Origin: Eledone cirrhosa
Taxonomy: Eukaryota
Direction of reading: 5' to 3'
DNA: 64,000 bases
NCBI GenBank assembly: GCA_964016885.1
Contig: OZ024744.1
Coordinates: forward strand, 78,430,001-78,494,000
Below are positions 1-12,265 of the stretch, piece after piece. Every line of letters starts with the position of its first letter. Within the stretch, counting starts at the first letter, position 1. Position numbers and translations under genes: made by a program. The notes beneath the pieces are model-generated. The model was not told the DNA's origin. It was given only the letters and a program-made list of their open reading frames with translations, and did not search any database.

Positions 1-330
1 CTCAGAAATAAGCAGGCAAAGAAGAAGGAGAGTCTTTTGACTGTTCAAAACTATAGGTCGAGTTACAATTCTAACATTATTACTATTTACAATGTTGTTA
101 GTTATTTTTCTTATACAGTTAGTGACGTGTTGTATAACACTACAGGAGTGGAAGATTATCTAATATGTGGTAATAAGTAGGTTTAAGTACCAGTTATTAC
201 TTATCTATTATTCATTCTTAATGTTATTAATTTTCTTTATATAGATGGAATAACATTTGTTATTAGATTTGCAGGAACAGAAATATTTTTAAGAAGCAGT
301 AGCAGGCGCAGACAATTGATTAGTATTTTA

Positions 331-1150
331 CATCATCATCGTTTAACGTCCATCTTCCACGCTAGCATGGGCCTGGACGGGAATTGTCCCACGTGAGGCA
401 TGAGTGGTTGTCCTGCTCGTATAGGACTGTCAGGCGGGTTTTCTACCGTGTTCCCTACACGGCCACATTACACCGTGGATTGTGTGTTTTTTTGTCGTGA
501 AACCTACACGACCTCATTTGTTTTGGACTGGATGTTGTGGTACCAACATAACTTTACATTGAAAGGGGTGGGATGGGGGTGTATTTTTGTTAGAGGTGCC
601 TACTGACTGTAGTAGGTTTCACTTTAGAGAATGAATATATAAAAATATATAAATATACAAGGCACACATAAAATTACCATTTTTATCATTTTTATACATA
701 TATAATCATCATCAGTTAATGTCAATTTTTCCATACTTGCATGAGTTAGACAGGTTGTCACTTTATGAGACAAGTCAGATCAGGTGAACATATCTTGCTC
801 ATATTGATCTATATTTTGGTTTCTATGGCTAGCTGCCCTTCCTAACACTAACAACATTGTAGTGTAGACTGAGTGCTCCTTATCATAGCACCAAAACAAC
901 CATCTAATAGAGTAGACTAGGTGCTTTTTTATCTTTAAACCAGCCAGCACAACCACCTTACAGGGTGGATTGGGAGCTTTTTGTTGTGACACCAACATGA
1001 CCACTCACAAGGTGGACTGGGTGCTTTAATTTTGTTCTATCACCAGCACAATTCAGGGTGGGTTGGGTATTTCTTACTCTTGTGTCATACAGAGAGGAAT
1101 GGGTCTTTTTGTTGGTGAACTTATTGACTTTTTGTCATGGCAGTAGCATC
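331..1150 (-). mobile_element. Two RTE-tail/SINE 3' ends with internal subrepeats (further copies ~7628-8140, 24121-24490, 31220-31420, 38230-38590, 42765-43015)
   Basis: catcatcatcgtttaacgtccatcttccacgctagcatggg tail shared with the RTE LINE 3' ends; most copies also carry gctggatgcccttcctaa. Confidence 0.75.
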
Positions 1151-1359
1151 ATGAGGGAGCAAATGTGAAACATGTTCAGTTTCAGTTTTCCATGCTTATA
1201 TGCATGAGTTGGACAAAAGAGGTGTATCAGAGGTGAGAAAGGTGAGGTGAGGGCAGGAAATATGTAAGTTGGACAAGGTGGGTGGGATATTAAGGTAGTG
1301 GGAGTGAGGTATTAAAACTAGGAGGGATAGTGAGAAGAGTGGTACTGACTAGTGTCCTC

Positions 1360-2035
1360 TTTCTTCCTGTGCACTGAAGGCAGGTCTTCTACAGAGGTTT
1401 AAATGTTCAAGGTCAGCTTTTATTACTTCATCCCAAGCTTTCCTAGGTCTTTCATACTTTCCATCAATTTCTCGCACCCTGTCCAATTTTTATACAGCTA
1501 ACATCCACCATATGTATCGCATGTCCATACCATCACAATCTTCTCTCCTACACACTGCATCTAATTCCTCTTATACTTAGTTTCTCTCTCAGTTCATTGA
1601 CACTTTACTATTCATGCACACAAATATTACATATCCATCGAAGCATGCAAGCTTCATTTCTTTCCAATCTTCATAGTTCCTTCTGCACAGAACATCCAGT
1701 TCTCATTACTATAAAGTATTTCTGTTTGGATACACATATCTTACAATCTGCTTTACATTTTCAAGGGAAAATCTTTTGTAGCTAGCAGCAGTAGTAGCTC
1801 ACTGAACTTTTTCCATCCCTTTCTTACCATAGCTACTGTAATTCAGATCATCCACCCCCACTGCTAATTTAGTAACCTATCAACTTCTTCTATGGAGATC
1901 TCTGAGCAATTAAAGGCGCTTGTTTCCTGCTTACTGATCTTGTGCATCAACTACATATGAAGCCTATGTTTTTGCTAGCCTCCCTGAGATCCCACTACAT
2001 TTCTTGTGTACCCATAGTTTGCATTTGAGACATGG
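1360..2035 (-). mobile_element. RTE LINE 3' remnant
   Basis: Same 3' RT-tail sequence as the other RTE copies ([18 protein letters not shown]). Confidence 0.8.
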
Positions 2036-2388
2036 GTTTTTAAACCTGAAAATGTTTGGGATAGTTAAATTTGCTAAAGTACGATTCTATCGTTATCTTG
2101 GCACCTTTAATTTTCTAATGCATCATATGGTTTTTAAAACTACTTAAATTTATATTTCCTATTCAACAAAGCAAACTACAATACTCTGTTATATATATAT
2201 ATATATGTGTGTGTCTATGTATATATATATGTAGAGAGAGAGAGAGTTTCATCTGTTTGTCACAGGGTCATCTGATAACCCTGTGATAAACAGCTAAAAC
2301 TCCAGATTAACAAGACTCACTATTTAGCATTAATAAAATGTATATATATATGGATTCTGTTGATCGATTGGTTATTGATTAGGCGATA

Positions 2389-2498
2389 CCCGCTGATGAA
2401 GCCGCATAAGCTGATTGTGCATTGTTGCATAATATATGCAGACAGATGGTGCAATGCACCTTACTGTTGCAGTAGGGCGGCAGAAACTCGAGTCCGGG
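2389..2498 (+). ncRNA. Type I hammerhead-ribozyme-like motif with expanded stem II
   Basis: CCCG-CTGATGA-A-GCCGC..(71 nt)..GCGGC-A-GAAA-CTCGAG-TC-CGGG; stem I CCCG/CGGG, palindromic stem III ACTCGAGT, GUC cleavage triplet ending at 2494. Confidence 0.75.
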
Positions 2499-3299
2499 AA
2501 CCTTATAGGCACCCGTTTTACGTGTGTTGTGTTGAGGCAAATAACTGTGTATACTCTGGTAATGTATCTTACATTGCCCATTGAGTGCGCTGAGATACAA
2601 CCGGTACTGGCATTGATAAATATGCTGGGTCCGTCAACACTTATTATATATATACATATATATATTAAAATAACAGATTAAAGTTTAAGCAACGAATCGC
2701 TGCTTTCACCCTTAACGGGATCTTCTGAAACTAAAAAAAATCAATCTGTGAACGCAGAAGTAAATATTTCAAAAAACGTTGCAATGTTCCCTGGCAAAGA
2801 ACGGATAAAAACGAAGATAATACGTCATTAATTGGAGCAGTGAAAACAATTACACGCAAAGACAAAACCATGTTTATGGTATAAATGAAGTCGTAGACTA
2901 ATATTCTATTAGGTGATTCCTTAGAGACGTTCTCTGGCAATGAACGGAAAACACAAAGATAATACGTCATTATGTGGAGCGGTGAGAACAATTACACGCA
3001 AAGACAAAACCACGTATATGGTATAACTGAAGTCGTAGACTAAAATTCTATTTAGGAAACCGAATGATTCTCGGCTTCAGAATTAAGAATAAAGTATGTA
3101 TGTGCGTGCGTGTAATTTTGTGTACGTGCTTGTATTTGCATACCCATTGCGGGTGTTTTCAAGTATGCTTGTATATGTACGTATATGGATGCGTGCATGT
3201 ATATATTTAATTTCAATTACCTCTGTAATTTATTTACTTTATTCTTAACTCTGAAGCCCAGAATCATTCGGTTTCCTAAATAGAATTTTAGGAGATAGC

Positions 3300-5185
3300 A
3301 TCCAGTGGGTCCTTGCTACTTACTGCACCTGAGCATCGGCCACATATAAAATCTACATTCTGATCCCACTACATCTTTTATGTACCCATAGTTTGAATTT
3401 GGAACATAGAATGGAATTTTTACCTATTCTTTTCCTACACACTGAGCATGGCCATTTTCCAGAGGGCACCTGTGACCTATTCTCCTTTCTACATACTAGA
3501 GCTTTAGTCTTAGACAAGTTAACTTTAAGGCCTTTTGATTCTAGGCCATGCTTCCATGTTTGGAATTTCTTCTCTAGTTCAGCCATTGATTCAGCTATGA
3601 GCGTTAGATCATCTGCATATAGAAGTTCCCATGGGCAGCCGGTCTTAAACCCTTCTGTTATAGCCTGTAGGACAATAATAAACAGGAGGGGCTAAGGACA
3701 TGGTCCTGGTGAACCCCTACTATTACGCTAAATTCTTCACTATATTCATTGTAAATTCTAACCTTGCTGACTGCTCCTCTATACATGGCTTGTATAGCTC
3801 TCACAAGCCATTCGTCTGCTGTTAGTTTTCTAAGAGCCCACCAGATTAAGGTGCATGGGACTCTGTCAAAGGCTTTCTCCTAGTCAACAAAACCCAAGTA
3901 GAGGGGTTTACTTTTAACTAAGTACTTCTCCTGTAGTTGCCATACAAGGAAAAGAGCATCCATGGTGCTTTTACCTGGCATAAACCCAAACTGCATTTCA
4001 TCTAGATTAATTCGGTCTCTAATCAGTTGAGTAATAACTCTTTCTGTGACTTTCATGACCTGGTCAACTAACTTAATACCCCTATAGTCTCCTTTGGCCT
4101 TGTAACAGTTGATGATGCTGCTGCTACACCAGTCATTTGATATGGCCCCATTCTGTATTATTTGGTTTACTATCCGGGTGACCATAGTATGTCGCACCAT
4201 TCCAAATGCCTTCAACATTTCAGCAACTATGCCCGAAAGCCCAGCTGCCTTGCCTGTCTTCATATCTCTGATTGCCTTACTTACTATGCTGCAAATAACC
4301 TGCACAGCTGGTCCCTCTGTTGGATCAATTTTGAGCAGACTATCTTTATTCCATTCATTCTCCTCATTCAGTAGTCTCTCATAGTGACACTTACAAGCTA
4401 CCTTCTTATCAGTATCAGTGTGGGCAAGTATACCATCTCATTACAGACACACGTCTCCCACAATTCTCCTTGACACATTGCCTCACAATCCTGAACACCT
4501 CATGTCTTTGTTCCTTGCATTGTAGAACATGCTTGAATTTACTATCCTCTGCTTCCCTTCTTGCAAAGTACACTTGTCTCCTAGCTTCTCTCCTGGCCAC
4601 TAGATAGTGTTCTCTACTACCCCATCCTGCCTTTTGCCCTTGATGGACTCCTCCACCACCATGTCACACTCCTCCTGACTAACGGTCTGCTCCAGCCACA
4701 GATTTCATCAGTCGCCTTCAACAGGTAAACTTTTAGGAATTCCCACTGTTCCTCTATATTGTATGTCTCTAATAGCTCTTCCTTACTGTCAAAAGCATGA
4801 AGTAATATGCTTTTAAATTTGTTACTGGCTGTGGGGTTCTTCAACTTCCATAATCTTCTCCTCAAAGTATTCCTCTGCCAGCAAGTACGTCTGGCCCTGA
4901 CTATGAGGTCACAAAATATTAAGCTATGTTGGGAGGTGCATTCTTCGCAAGGGAGAGACTTAGTGTTCATAACAGACACTCTGTCTCATTTTCTAGTAAG
5001 GATATAATCTATCTGGCTGGTGTGTTCTCTTGATCTATAGGTGTTCAAGTGACTGTCACATTTTTTGAAGTTTGTGTTACAAATAGCCAGGTCAATTGCA
5101 TCACAGAATTCCAGGATCCTGAAGCCTTCCTCATTTCTAGTGCCAAACCCATAACCTCCATCATAGCCATCATAGCCATCATAAT
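3300..5185 (-). mobile_element. RTE LINE remnant (late APE + RT + Cys/His finger)
   Basis: [50 protein letters not shown]. Confidence 0.9.
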
Positions 5186-5454
5186 GAGATTAGCATTAAA
5201 AACCAAATAACTATGGTGGTGAGTGGGGGTGGGAGGGAGGGAAAGGCTGACTTCTGGAAGGTGAACGTACGTAGTCAACCTGGGAGAGACTGCAAAAACA
5301 AAAACAATAGGCAAACATAACGGATTTTCTAACAAGAAGACTTAATTGTAAATGGATGGAGAGGTAGGAGCAAATACTGTAAGTTCTACATTACGGAATC
5401 CACCACAGTGCAAGTAAACCAACTAGGATCCATGGAAGTAGAGTACATTACATA

Positions 5455-7420
5455 GAGACCAGGAGGGGAAGCTAGGCGACAAGTATACTTAGCTAGAAAG
5501 GAAGCGGAGGATAGAAAATATAACATGTTTTGCAGCGTGAGGACCAGAAACAGGAGGTGTTCAGGATTGCGAGGCAGTGAGCAGAGAAAGTTGTGATGTC
5601 ATTGGAGAGAAGTGTATCTGGAATGATAAGGTAAGCTTGCCCTCACAAGTGCTGAGAAGAAAGATGAGTGGAAGAGCCACTATGAAAGATTACTGAATTA
5701 GGAGAATGTATGGCAGAAAGAGACCCTACCCCAAGTGGAGCCTATAGAGGGGCCAGCAGCAGAGTAGTAAGTAAGGCTATCAAAGATATCAAGATGGGGA
5801 AGGCAACCGGTCCATCGGGTATAGCTGCCGAGATGCTGAAGGCATCTGGGTCGGTAGGTCACACCATAACCACACATATTGTTAACCAGGTAATACTAGA
5901 GGGTGTCATACCAAAGGATTGGTGCTGCAGCATCATTGTCAACTGCTACAAGGGTAAAGGTGATGCACGAGATAGAGGAAGCTATAGAGGTATAAAGCAT
6001 GACAGTAACAGAAAGAGTTATAGCACAGTTGATTAGGGACTGGGTAAAACTAGGTGAGATGCAATTTGGGTTTGTGCTAGGAAAAGGCACCACTGATGCC
6101 CTCTTCCTTGTGAGGCAGTTACAGGAAAAGTACCTAGCTAAAAGTAAGCCGCTCTACCTGGTATTTGTCAATCTGGAAAAATCTTTCGACAGAGTGCCTC
6201 GCGCTATAATCTGTTGGACTCTTAGAAAACTAGGAGTAGATGAATGGCTTGTGGAAGCAGTACAAGCCATGTATAGTGGAGCAATCAGCTAAGGTCCTCA
6301 TAAGTAGACGAGAAAACAGAACCCAGATCCCCTCAGAGAAATGGCCTTGCTCAGTATGTAGGAAAGGTGTAGGTAGGAACTTTATCCTCTGCCCCAAATG
6401 CAAACAATGGGTACACAAGAGATGTAGTGGGATCTTAAGAAGCTTAGCTAAGAATATAGGCTTTACATGCAGCAGCTGCATCGGGACAGCAAGCAACAAT
6501 CGGCCACAGGAAACCAGCACCACCAAACTCTGGGAGGGCTCTGTAAAAATAGTAGACAGCTTTTGCTACCTAGGTGACCGAATTAGCAGTGGCGGTGGTG
6601 GTTCAGAAAGTACAGTAGCCAGGGTAAGAATGGGATGGAAGAAGTTCAGGGAGCTACTGCCACTGCTAGCTGCAAAAGACTTTTCCCTCAAAATGATATG
6701 CAGACTGTATGATACGTACATCAATGTTACATGATAGTGAGACCTGGGTGTTGTGTGCAGTAGATTAGAAAGAAACAAAACTTGCATGCTCTGATGAATG
6801 TGTAATAGTAATATATGCGAACAGCAAAGCATAAACGAATTGAGATAGAGACTGAGTATAAGTTGCATCAAATGCTGTGTGAAGGAGAGGCAGTTGCGTT
6901 GGTATGGACATGTGAAGTGTATGAAGGATGAATGCTGCATAAAAAGGTGCAGAGCGCTAGAAGTCGATGGAAGCCATGGAGAGGGGAGACCCAAGAAGAC
7001 CTGGGATGAGGTGATAAAAGCCGACCTTACCCAATTGCACCTCTCAAAGGCGATGAAGCAGGACCGTGACCACTGGCATAACGCAGTAATACAGAAGACC
7101 TGACTAGCCACGGGTGCAAGCCGAAGCTGAAGCCTATAGACAATATGTCCCTACCCCCTCCCACTGCAAAGGTGCCACGGCAAAAAAGCACCCAGCTTAC
7201 ACTGTAAAGTGGTCATGTAGGCGCCACGGAAAAAAGCAGCCAGCACTCACTGTAAATGAGGTTGGTGTTAGGAAGGGCATCCAGCTGTAGAAATCGAGCG
7301 AAAATCAGTTCCCGTATGAGCAAGACAGGGTCAGCCGACTGGACACTGCTCACAACAGGACAACCCATCTAACCCATGCTAGCGTGGAAGAATGGACGTA
7401 AAACAGTGATGATGATGATA
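5455..7420 (+). mobile_element. RTE LINE remnant, RT to 3' (GAT)n tail
   Basis: [53 protein letters not shown]; ends in gatgatgat. Confidence 0.92.
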
Positions 7421-8294
7421 TATTTGTATTTTGTGCTCATAAAAATACGAATATATATTTATTTTATTAAGGCTAAATTGAGGAGATGACGAAGGACAAT
7501 GACAAGTGGAGTGCTGAATAGGACTGGTCCCACTCTTGCAAGCAGGGAAAAGCGGAGGTAAAATGATGATGATGATGATAATATATATATATATATTTAT
7601 TGATAAAGTCATTGAAGGTTGGATACTCATCATCATCATCATCATCATCATTTAACATCCATTTTTCCATGTTTGTATGGGTTAGACGGGTTGTCACAGT
7701 ATGAAATATGTTTGGTCAGGTGTATTTTGGCTTGGTTTATACAGTTGGATACCCTTCCTAATATCAACTATGTTACAGTGTGGACTGAGTGCTTTTTATC
7801 ATGGCACCAAAATGACCATCTAACAGGTGTATTTTTTGTTGTGTTACCAGCATGACCACATTACAGAGTGGACAGGGTGCTATTTACCCATGTCACCAGG
7901 ATGACCACCTTACAGGGTGCTTTGCTTTTGTCCTGTCACTGACATGACCATTACATAGGGCAGAGTGGGTGCCTCTCGTGACACTAGCATGACCACCTAA
8001 CAGAGTGGATTGGGTGCTATATTTTTGTCATGTTACCAGCATGACCACCTTACAGGGTTGACTGGGTGCTTTTGTTGTTTTGGTACCAGATCAACAGACA
8101 GGGTGTACATAGTGCATTTTTTATCGTGGCAGCAGTAGCGGCAATGGGAAGCCTGTCCAGCAGTCCATCCTTATATGCATGGGTTCGACAGGAGTTGGAC
8201 ATGGATGAGATGAGTGTGATATTTAGTTGGCGAGGACAAGGTATTAAGACTAGGAAGGGTGAATTGGAGAGAGATAGGAAGAAGAGTGGTGCAG

Positions 8295-9170
8295 ACTAGT
8301 GTCTTCTACATGTTTGTTTCTCCCTGTGCACATGGGAAGGCAGCTCTTCTGCAGTACAACATATCACCAAAGATCTCAATCCTTTGAGAGGTTTAAATGT
8401 GCAAGGTCAGCTTTTATCACTTCATCCCAAGATTTCTTAGGTTTTCCTCTTCCATAGTTTCTCTCAACTTTGAGTGCCCTACACCTTTTTATAAAACAGT
8501 CATACCACCACAATGTCCTCTCTTGCACACTGCATCTGACCTCTCTTATGTTCAGTTTCTCTCTCAATTCATTGACGCTTTGCTGTTCATTCACACTACT
8601 ATTACACATCCATTGAAGCATGTAAGCTTCATTTCTTTTCAATCTTAGCAGTTCCTCTGCATGTTTTGCCCAGGTTTCACTTCCATGCAGCATTACTGTT
8701 CGAACACAACAGTAGCTCCCTGGACTTTGTTCCATCCCATTCTCACTCTGGCTACTATACTTTAGATGACTCACTTCCACTGCTAATTTGGTAACCCAGA
8801 TAACAGAAGCTGTCAACTACATCTATGGAACTCTCTAAGAATTTGATAGAGCTTGTTTCCTGTGAGTACTTGCTGTTTACTGCTCCTGTGCATCAATCAC
8901 ATGTAAAACCTACATTCTTTGCTAGCCTGCCACATCAATTATGTGCCCATAGTTTGCATTTGGGACAAAGGATAGAATTTCTACCTACCCCTTTCCTACA
9001 CACCGAGGGCCTTATTTCTACTTTCTACTTACTAGGACATCAGTTTGTGCCAAATTGACTTTAAGGCCTTTTGATTTAAAGTCATGCTTCCAGGCTAGGA
9101 ATTTTTTTCTCTAATTCTTTCACAGATCATTCCATCCTAGTCTCACTCTGACTACTCTACTCACCTATTA
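8295..9170 (-). mobile_element. RTE LINE 3' remnant
   Basis: [22 protein letters not shown]. Confidence 0.85.
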
Positions 9171-10106
9171 CTCAACTTGATGCTTCTATAGAATCGGTTT
9201 TGTTTAGAACTCCATTGATGGCCTACATTTTCCATAGAACATTTATCAACAGAAGTGCAGCTCTTGAAAAGAAAAAAAAAAAATGAAACCCCATCATTTT
9301 AGATCATGTAGCCTTAGATATACCATTCCTCATAAAAATATAGCATATGCATAACTTGAAATCATTTTGACCATGGGTATGCTTGATTAGGACCAGCCTT
9401 AATTTAAGGAACAACATGAAAAGACATTAAAGATTATAACATAGAAACGTAAGATGTTTAAAGCTTTCTAACACAACCATAGTCTCAAGGACTCGGATGT
9501 TGGAAGTGACGGAATAGTTGAGTATCTTTGCTCTTCAAGGTCTCCACTTTTGCTGATAAATGTTCCATTGAAAGTGTAAGCCATCAATGAAGTGCGAAAA
9601 GATACTATCAGTATCCAACCTTGACTGATCTCATCAGGAAATATTTACCTCTACTTTCATATATTGAAGACTCCTTTCATTATATGCAGTATATTCAAGC
9701 ACCAATGCCTACATAAATGAATATTTACATATATACAAATACAATATGCAAATAACCTCTTAGCGCCTGAGTCACTGATATTAAAAACTATCTATATAGA
9801 ATATAAAAGAAAGATGTTTATTGGTAGGTAGGTTGGTTGGTTGAATCACACAAAAATTACACACACACACAAATACATACACATCTAAAGAGAGAGAGAC
9901 ACAGAGGGAGAGGCAGAAAGAGAGAGATAGGCTGTTATACAGAGAGAGAGAGAGAGAGAGGGACGTCACACAAAACTATATCCTTTGATCTATAGGAAGG
10001 TTTAACAATATTGTGTTAGCTTTTATAAAGTCGTTTTACAGTCTTTGATTTTACAGAACAAAGAAAAATTGATACTATTTGAAATTAATCTACCCTCCAG
10101 CTTTTA

Positions 10107-10451
10107 TCTATATACTACTTACAGACCATACTAACGAAGCAACACTTCAGAAGCAATGTTATGTGGTATATTGCTGTATATCAGATAATGTCCTTTGGAG
10201 CTGAAAAAGATCATACTGACTTTGGTTATTTCACAACATGTAAAATCCAAGGCCAATGCTACCATTTAATCGGCAGTTTATTCTCCCAGCCTAACAAGGA
10301 AGTTTTATGATTGCTTTTTTTTATGTCTCTCTCACACACTCACACATTACGGTCTCACCTCACACAAGACAACACATTCAATACAGTCGTTTTCTCTTTT
10401 ATCCGTCTTCTCTTAACTGTTTTCCTGGGCAAAGCCAGGTACCTCAGCTAG
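10107..10451 (+). mobile_element. Non-autonomous Helitron (~345 bp)
   Basis: A|TCTATATACT 5' end; subterminal hairpin CCTGGGC-AAA-GCCAGG (10424-10439); CTAG|T 3' end; A-T insertion site. Confidence 0.65.
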
Positions 10452-10574
10452 TAATAAAATAAATTATATAAATAAATATATGGAAAATGGACGTAAAACA
10501 GTGTAACAAAGCAAATGATACAGCAAAATGAAGAAATATATTATCAATTTTATGCTTGATATAGTAGGGAAAGA

Positions 10575-10612
10575 ATCTTAATGTTTCGGAGGCTAGTCCT
10601 TCATCAGAAGAT
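10575..10612 (-). ncRNA. Minimal PLE-type hammerhead motif (decayed stem III)
   Basis: Minus strand ATCTT-CTGATGA-AGGACTAGCCTCC-GAAA-CA-TT-AAGAT; stem I ATCTT/AAGAT. Confidence 0.6.
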
Positions 10613-11261
10613 AGAATGAGAAATTAAAGAAAAAATAGAAAGATTGAGGAGATGGTCAGGGCAGAATCGGAAAAAGAAATTTAGAGAAAGATAACAGGTC
10701 CATACATGTTGCAATCTCTTGAAAAACTGTTGGCGTTTTGTGTATGATATACTTTTTTGGAAAAGGTGGTGATGGAGCGCATCTATCTGAAAAAGAAAAA
10801 AAAAAACGTTTTGTATATGTGTTTGTGTATGTGTTGTTATATGTCCATACAAAGCTAAGAGAATATATGTGTACATGTAAGTAAAAGAGTGTGTGTGTGC
10901 TTGTAAGTTCGAAGCTGTGAGCAAAAGTATGTGTGTAGAGAGAGAGCTGTGTAGGTAAATGTAGAGGTATATGTATATATATTATATTATTTATTTATGT
11001 TCATACAGGGAACAAAAGTGCTAAGGTTTCAAGTTCCAAATTTGACCATACCCCCAGAAAACAAGAGGCATCAAAATAGTGAACTTTCTTCGGGCAGTAA
11101 TACGAGTTTATAAATTACGATTAAAAGTAAATTTTGCTAAGAACCCATGTTTACGAAAGTAAACGTAAAAAAATAGATGAAAATAACTCCAAGATATAAA
11201 TATGAATTGAGATCAACCATGTGTTTGTGTTCGTATAAGAGACAGTAATATTTATTAACGT

Positions 11262-12200
11262 ATCATCATCGATTAATGACTACCTTCCACGCTAGCATCG
11301 GTTAGACGGGTTTGACCCATTTGAGGCAAGTTGGGTTGGGTGACTGTATCTTGCTCATAAAGGACTGTTTCAGATTGGTTTTCTATGGCTGGATGCCCTT
11401 CCTAATGCCAACCACATTTACAGTGTGTGTTGGGTGCTTTTTGTCGTGTCTCCTACATCACCAGTTTACAGTGTGGGCTGGATGTTTTGTTATACCAGAG
11501 TAAGACTGGTGTGGGCAGAAGTGGGAGGGAGGTGTAAGTAGTGAGGGTTGGAGGTGGGGGTGTATATTGGATTAAGAGGTGCCTACTGAGTACAAGTTTA
11601 AGTCTATATGCAAGGGGAGGCAGGTCTTCTATATTACTGCATAGCGCCAAAGATCTTGATCCTGTAACATTGTCTTAGAGAGGTTCAAGTGTGCAAGGTC
11701 AGCTTTTACCACCTCATCCCTGGTCCATAGCTTCCGTCAACTTCGATTGCCCAGCACTTTTTTATACAACTGTCATCCTTCATACACATCACATGACCAT
11801 ACCAATGCAATCTCCTCTCTAGTATACTGCATCGGATCCCTCTTAATCCTAATTCCTCACTTAGTTCATTTACGCTTTGCGTTCATATATATTACTATTA
11901 CATATCCATTGGGGCATGCATGCTTCATTTCTTTCCAATCTGTGCAGATCCTCTGAGGATAAAGCTCAGGTCTCACTACCATATAACATTGCTGTTCGTA
12001 TACAAGCGTCAGAAAATCTGCCTTTAATTTTTAGAGAGAAACCTTTTGTGGCCAACAGCGGTATTAACTCTCTGAACTTTTTTCATCCCTTTTTAACTCT
12101 GGCTACTGTACTTTCAGAACACGCTCCTCCACTGCTGATTTTGTCACCCAGGTAAAGGAAAGTGACTACTATTTCTATAGAACCATCTGGGCACTTGAAA
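11262..12200 (-). mobile_element. RTE LINE 3' remnant with tail
   Basis: GWKKFRELIPLL, MLYGSET; tail shared with the other copies. Confidence 0.85.
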
Positions 12201-12265
12201 GAGAAATTGTATTGTATTATGTAAGTGTGGAAAGAGAAGTATATAAATCAAATTAAGGTGGTTGA

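Noticed and set aside
2702-2727. Additional hammerhead (minus strand CAGAAGA-TCCC..GGGT-GAAA)
   Set aside because: Core U4 is mutated and there is no NUH triplet or stem I; a degenerate relic at best. The same applies to weaker look-alikes near 58400 and 59000.
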